Part shown: positions 15,254 through 16,279 of the stretch, one piece after another
How positions within the stretch are numbered: the first letter of the stretch is position 1
How the letters are laid out: every line of letters begins with the position of its first letter
DNA from: an uncultured Gammaproteobacteria bacterium
GTDB taxonomy: Bacteria; Patescibacteriota; Microgenomatia; Daviesbacterales; UBA10151
Assembly: GCA_964360965.1 (NCBI GenBank)
Contig: CAYHYM010000012.1
Coordinates: 1-16,279, forward strand
DNA: 16,279 nt
Direction: 5' to 3'
Position numbers and translations under genes: made by a program
The notes under the pieces: model-generated
What the model saw: the letters and a program-made list of their open reading frames with translations, nothing else
Database searches by the model: none
Told to the model about the DNA's origin: nothing

Positions 15254-16279
15254 TTAATCTGTACGAGCGGGACCCGAAATTTCCTTCCAATTCATCCACT
15301 GAGGATCTATCTTAGCTTTCCTTATTGACTCCTGTCCAGCTAAAATTAGCCGGGAAGGAACATGGCCTTTTTTTACCCTTGCTTTAGTTTCTTTAAGCAG
15401 TACCAGAGTTAATTTTTCTTCTACCTCTTCTCTTGGCAAGCTGTCTAAAGGAATTCTATTAATAGCCATTACTCCAACGGGTACATCACCAAAACCTACC
15501 ATCCATCGATAACCTTCCCATACATACGGTCCGTGCACCCAATCTACCCTATGGTCATCATTATTCCTATAGACTCCCCATCGTATTTGATCTGTTACTT
15601 TCTCCCACTTTTCTTCTATTAGACTGGTAGAAATTACATCGAGATACCTTCCCTTATTCATATTCACAGAATGAACGCATACCTGCAGAGATGTTGTTTC
15701 AGTTGTGAGAGCAAACCTATACGAATATCCCCCATGGTGACCTTGCCGGTCTTGCCTTTGGGCTGATTGATAAGAGAATTTTAGTTCAAAAGCTGCTTGT
15801 GGATTATAGTCAGGAGGAAAAGTAGAATCCAAACCACTATAAGCAGATTTTGGATCAGTAGAAATCTCACGAATTACACCTTTTCCCTCCCAAACGGTAG
15901 CATTTATATATCCTAGCCTATCACGTATTCTGAGATCTTCTGCAATTTGTTTTATTTCCCCAAGTGTTTGTAGTCTACCCTCTATGAGTTGACGCCCTTG
16001 TTGCTCTCTAGCTTCTTTTTCTCTCTTACTTCTTTCTACCAATTGTTTCTCCCGTTCAATCCGCTGAAGTTCTGTTTTTCTTGCCATATCTAATTCATCC
16101 TCTATTCCTTTATTGAGTCTGATAGCAAAATCTGATAGCTCGGGTGGAAGTTGCACAATCTTTGATGGTGGTTGTTGAGTTGGTTGTATCTCAGGTGGTA
16201 ACCCGAAGAATCTATTTAAAAATCCCAAAAAACCACTTTTAGGTTCCTGTGGAGGAAGTGGTTCTCCTGTGCCACTATT
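15254..16279 (-). CDS. Hypothetical protein: proline-rich N-terminal region, charged coiled-coil-like segment, Trp-rich C-terminal domain; probably 5'-partial
   Basis: A 324-codon ORF in AT-rich DNA. The first in-window start candidate is TTG at 16228 with no convincing Shine-Dalgarno, and the frame stays open to the window edge. I recognise no family motif. Confidence 0.6.
   Translation of the reverse strand, partial: NSGTGEPLPPQEPKSGFLGFLNRFFGLPPEIQPTQQPPSKIVQLPPELSDFAIRLNKGIEDELDMARKTELQRIEREKQLVERSKREKEAREQQGRQLIEGRLQTLGEIKQIAEDLRIRDRLGYINATVWEGKGVIREISTDPKSAYSGLDSTFPPDYNPQAAFELKFSYQSAQRQDRQGHHGGYSYRFALTTETTSLQVCVHSVNMNKGRYLDVISTSLIEEKWEKVTDQIRWGVYRNNDDHRVDWVHGPYVWEGYRWMVGFGDVPVGVMAINRIPLDSLPREEVEEKLTLVLLKETKARVKKGHVPSRLILAGQESIRKAKIDPQWMNWKEISGPARTD

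Noticed and set aside
1-16279. A search for CRISPR repeats, IS or transposase genes, integrase, toxin-antitoxin pairs, restriction-modification or other defence modules.
   Set aside because: There is no regularly spaced direct-repeat array, and no ORF with transposase, integrase, toxin or restriction-modification motifs. Every long ORF except the last is an identifiable housekeeping gene.

Overview
AT-rich, tightly packed bacterial chromosomal segment made up almost entirely of housekeeping genes. In order: a small GIY-YIG nuclease (+), an S4-less TlyA-type rRNA methyltransferase (-), family-X DNA polymerase with PHP domain (polX), lemA-htpX, gatC-gatA-gatB, dnaE, rplS-rnhB-yraN, purQ-purL, then tRNA-Glu(UUC) (-) and an orphan protein of at least 324 aa (-) that runs off the window edge. 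Gene content and compactness fit a small-genome uncultured bacterium, possibly CPR/Patescibacteria-like, but that is inference only. All protein calls rest on motifs I recognise in the supplied translations; no searches were run. I see no CRISPR array, transposase, integrase, toxin-antitoxin pair or recognisable defence operon. The most unusual signal is a set of short, very GC-rich imperfect palindromes between about 2186 and 7858. Six lie inside polX, htpX, gatC and gatA (three copies) without breaking the reading frame. One supplies the C-terminal tail and stop codon of gatA, and two more lie in the gatA-gatB spacer and the dnaE leader. Copies share exact 10-17 nt blocks, and the gatC copy looks like one element type nested inside another. 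This resembles in-frame colonisation of genes by Rickettsia palindromic elements. Secondary observations: -10 boxes sit so close to several start codons that the mRNAs may be leaderless; PurL lacks its C-terminal subdomain, has no purS nearby and ends next to the tRNA; the tRNA-Glu flank carries palindromes; a repeat cluster lies at the left window edge.
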